The position numbers were made by a program, and so were the translations under genes. A DNA stretch of 64,000 nucleotides, taken from the NCBI GenBank assembly GCA_963662465.1, contig OY759599.1, positions 4,928,001 to 4,992,000 on the forward strand, given 5' to 3'. The notes beneath the pieces are model-generated. The model worked only from the letters and a program-made list of their open reading frames with translations, did no database searches and was not told the DNA's origin. This document shows, in pieces, positions 62,375-64,000 of the stretch (position 1 is its first letter; every line of letters starts with the position of its first letter). This DNA comes from Desulfatiglandales bacterium. Its GTDB lineage: Bacteria; Desulfobacterota; DSM-4660; Desulfatiglandales; Desulfatiglandaceae.

Positions 62375-62687
62375 AACCACTGGGGCAGCAAAGTTATTCG
62401 CCGGTCGGGGTGTCGCCTGGCTGGTTGATGGTCTGGTAAAAAGGACCTGAACCGAGAAACCGGATGAGGGAAATCTTCACGTCCGAATCTGCGGGGGGAG
62501 CGCCGGGCAACCGGTGCTTCTACCCGGAACCAGACGCCTGATACTTGGGCGGTCCTAGCGAGGGGGGCCGGAGGAGGCGCTGGTGAGCTTGTCGTTCCTA
62601 TAATGCACATCCTTTCGCTTGACTCCTTTGGAGATTTTTTCTAATCTCATGCTACAATCTACGCTTTTGCAAGGGGGGAATCGGATC

Positions 62688-64000
62688 ATGGCCGAAGAGA
62701 AAAGGATGAATTTCGGAAACCAACTGGCCCAGGAAAAAAGTCCCTACCTTCTACAGCATGCCGACAACCCGGTTCACTGGCTTCCCTGGGGAAGCAACGC
62801 CTTTGAAAAAGCAAAAGCCGAAGACAAGCCCATTTTCCTGTCCATTGGTTACGCCACCTGTCACTGGTGCCACGTGATGGCCCATGAATCCTTTGAAGAT
62901 GATGAAGTAGCTGCAATCCTGAATAAATATTATGTTTCCATCAAGGTTGACCGTGAAGAACGTCCCGATGTGGACAAAATCTACATGTCCGTATGTCAGG
63001 CCCTGACCGGTCGCGGCGGCTGGCCCCTCACCGTTCTCATGACCCCTGACAGCAAGCCTTTTTTTGCGGGGTCCTATTTTCCCAAAACCAGCCGAATGGG
63101 CATGCCGGGGCTGATGGACATCCTCAACCAGTTGGCCGCCATGTGGCAAAATGATCGAAACCGGATACTAATCTCAGGCGATAAAATTGTGGAGGCCATT
63201 CAACCCGGAGCGAACAGTGGTCCATCGACCTCACTGCCCGATAAAGAAATCTTGAAAACCGCCTACAATCAGTTGGCGCAAAGTTTTGACGCCCGGTGGG
63301 GCGGTTTCAACAAAGCCCCGAAATTCCCTACTCCCCACAACCTGACCTTCCTATTGAGACAACATCAACGGGACCCTGGCTCAAAAGCGCTTGAAATGGT
63401 GGAAAAGACACTGGATGCCATGAGAAACGGCGGCATCTTTGACCAGGTGGGCTTTGGGTTTCACCGGTACTCCGTGGATGACCAATGGCTGGCGCCCCAC
63501 TTTGAGAAAATGCTTTATGATCAGGCCCTGCTGGCCATGGCTTACATGGAGACCTATCAGGTCACGGGAAAAGACCGTTTTGCTCAGGTTGCCCTAGATA
63601 TTTTCACCTATGTATTAAGGGATATGACCGACCCCGGAGGGGGATTTTATTCCGCCGAAGACGCCGACAGTGAGGGAGAAGAGGGTCTTTTTTACGTGTG
63701 GACCCCGGCGCAGGTTAAAAAATGTCTCGGGGAGGAGCAAGGCGATCTCTTCTGCCGGTTTTACGACATTAGGGTCAATGGGAATTTTGAAGGGGGAAAA
63801 AGTATTCCCCACATAACACTTTCTCCGAAAGCATTTGCGGAGAAAGAAGGGATCGACCTGCAACACCTTTTAGCGCGCCTCGAAAACGCGAGAGAGAAAC
63901 TCTTTGATAACCGTAAAAATCGCATTCATCCCCTGAAAGACGATAAAATTATTACCTCCTGGAACGGATTGATGATTGCCGCCCTGGCAAAAGGGGCACA
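62688..64000 (+). CDS. Thioredoxin-domain protein YyaL/SPATA20 family (3' truncated by window edge)
   Basis: [65 protein letters not shown]. Confidence 0.92.
   Translation, partial: MAEEKRMNFGNQLAQEKSPYLLQHADNPVHWLPWGSNAFEKAKAEDKPIFLSIGYATCHWCHVMAHESFEDDEVAAILNKYYVSIKVDREERPDVDKIYMSVCQALTGRGGWPLTVLMTPDSKPFFAGSYFPKTSRMGMPGLMDILNQLAAMWQNDRNRILISGDKIVEAIQPGANSGPSTSLPDKEILKTAYNQLAQSFDARWGGFNKAPKFPTPHNLTFLLRQHQRDPGSKALEMVEKTLDAMRNGGIFDQVGFGFHRYSVDDQWLAPHFEKMLYDQALLAMAYMETYQVTGKDRFAQVALDIFTYVLRDMTDPGGGFYSAEDADSEGEEGLFYVWTPAQVKKCLGEEQGDLFCRFYDIRVNGNFEGGKSIPHITLSPKAFAEKEGIDLQHLLARLENAREKLFDNRKNRIHPLKDDKIITSWNGLMIAALAKGA

Larger units (their letters stand above)
59997..62527 (+). mobile_element. Group II intron 2 (class E-like, tentative) inserted in attC
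   Basis: RT ORF; DV/DVI GAAACCGGATGAGGGAAATCTTCACGTCCGAATCTGCGGGGGGAGCGCCGGGCAACCGGTGCTTCTACCCGG; ends uncertain by 1-2 nt. Confidence 0.85.
59980..62600 (+). other. attC site split by intron 2 (left arm 59980-59996, right arm about 62528-62600)
   Basis: CGCTAAC-CAAG-CGCTCC | (A)ACCAGACGCC...GGCGCTGGTGAGCTTGTC-GTT; arms pair with extrahelical bases. Confidence 0.75.

Overview
Bacterial chromosomal window, most likely from an anaerobic Desulfobacterota (deltaproteobacterium); this is inferred from gene content only. Bases 1-52.5 kb are mostly housekeeping, envelope and catabolic genes. They include mce, infA, mobA, a WecA-like fusion, lptF, hypE and lsrF, a sigma54-controlled benzoate-CoA-ligase-family gene with its two-component system, PpiD and DnaJ/CbpM. 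They also include an arn (L-Ara4N) operon, a Cys-less thiolase/DUF35 pair, a type II FAS/PKS cluster with two B12 radical-SAM enzymes, and an ETF/FeS-oxidoreductase/acyl-CoA dehydrogenase operon. Bases 53.2-62.6 kb form a nested stack of mobile elements. An integron has an intI carrying a nonsense codon and a single BrnT/BrnA toxin-antitoxin cassette. One group II intron sits in the putative attI and another in the attC. Each intron is itself interrupted at its most conserved motif. Intron 1 carries a large-serine-recombinase element in catalytic domain V (11-bp core GGTTCTGAGGG duplicated). Intron 2 carries a 327-bp TTATGCAAAG-repeat mini-element in the RT 'PQGG' motif. Most striking, the recombinase element's first gene is split by integration: its RBS and ATG lie at the opposite end of the element and join the gene in frame only in the excised circle, which suggests an excision-gated gene switch. 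All family calls come from motif recognition by eye; no database searches were run.
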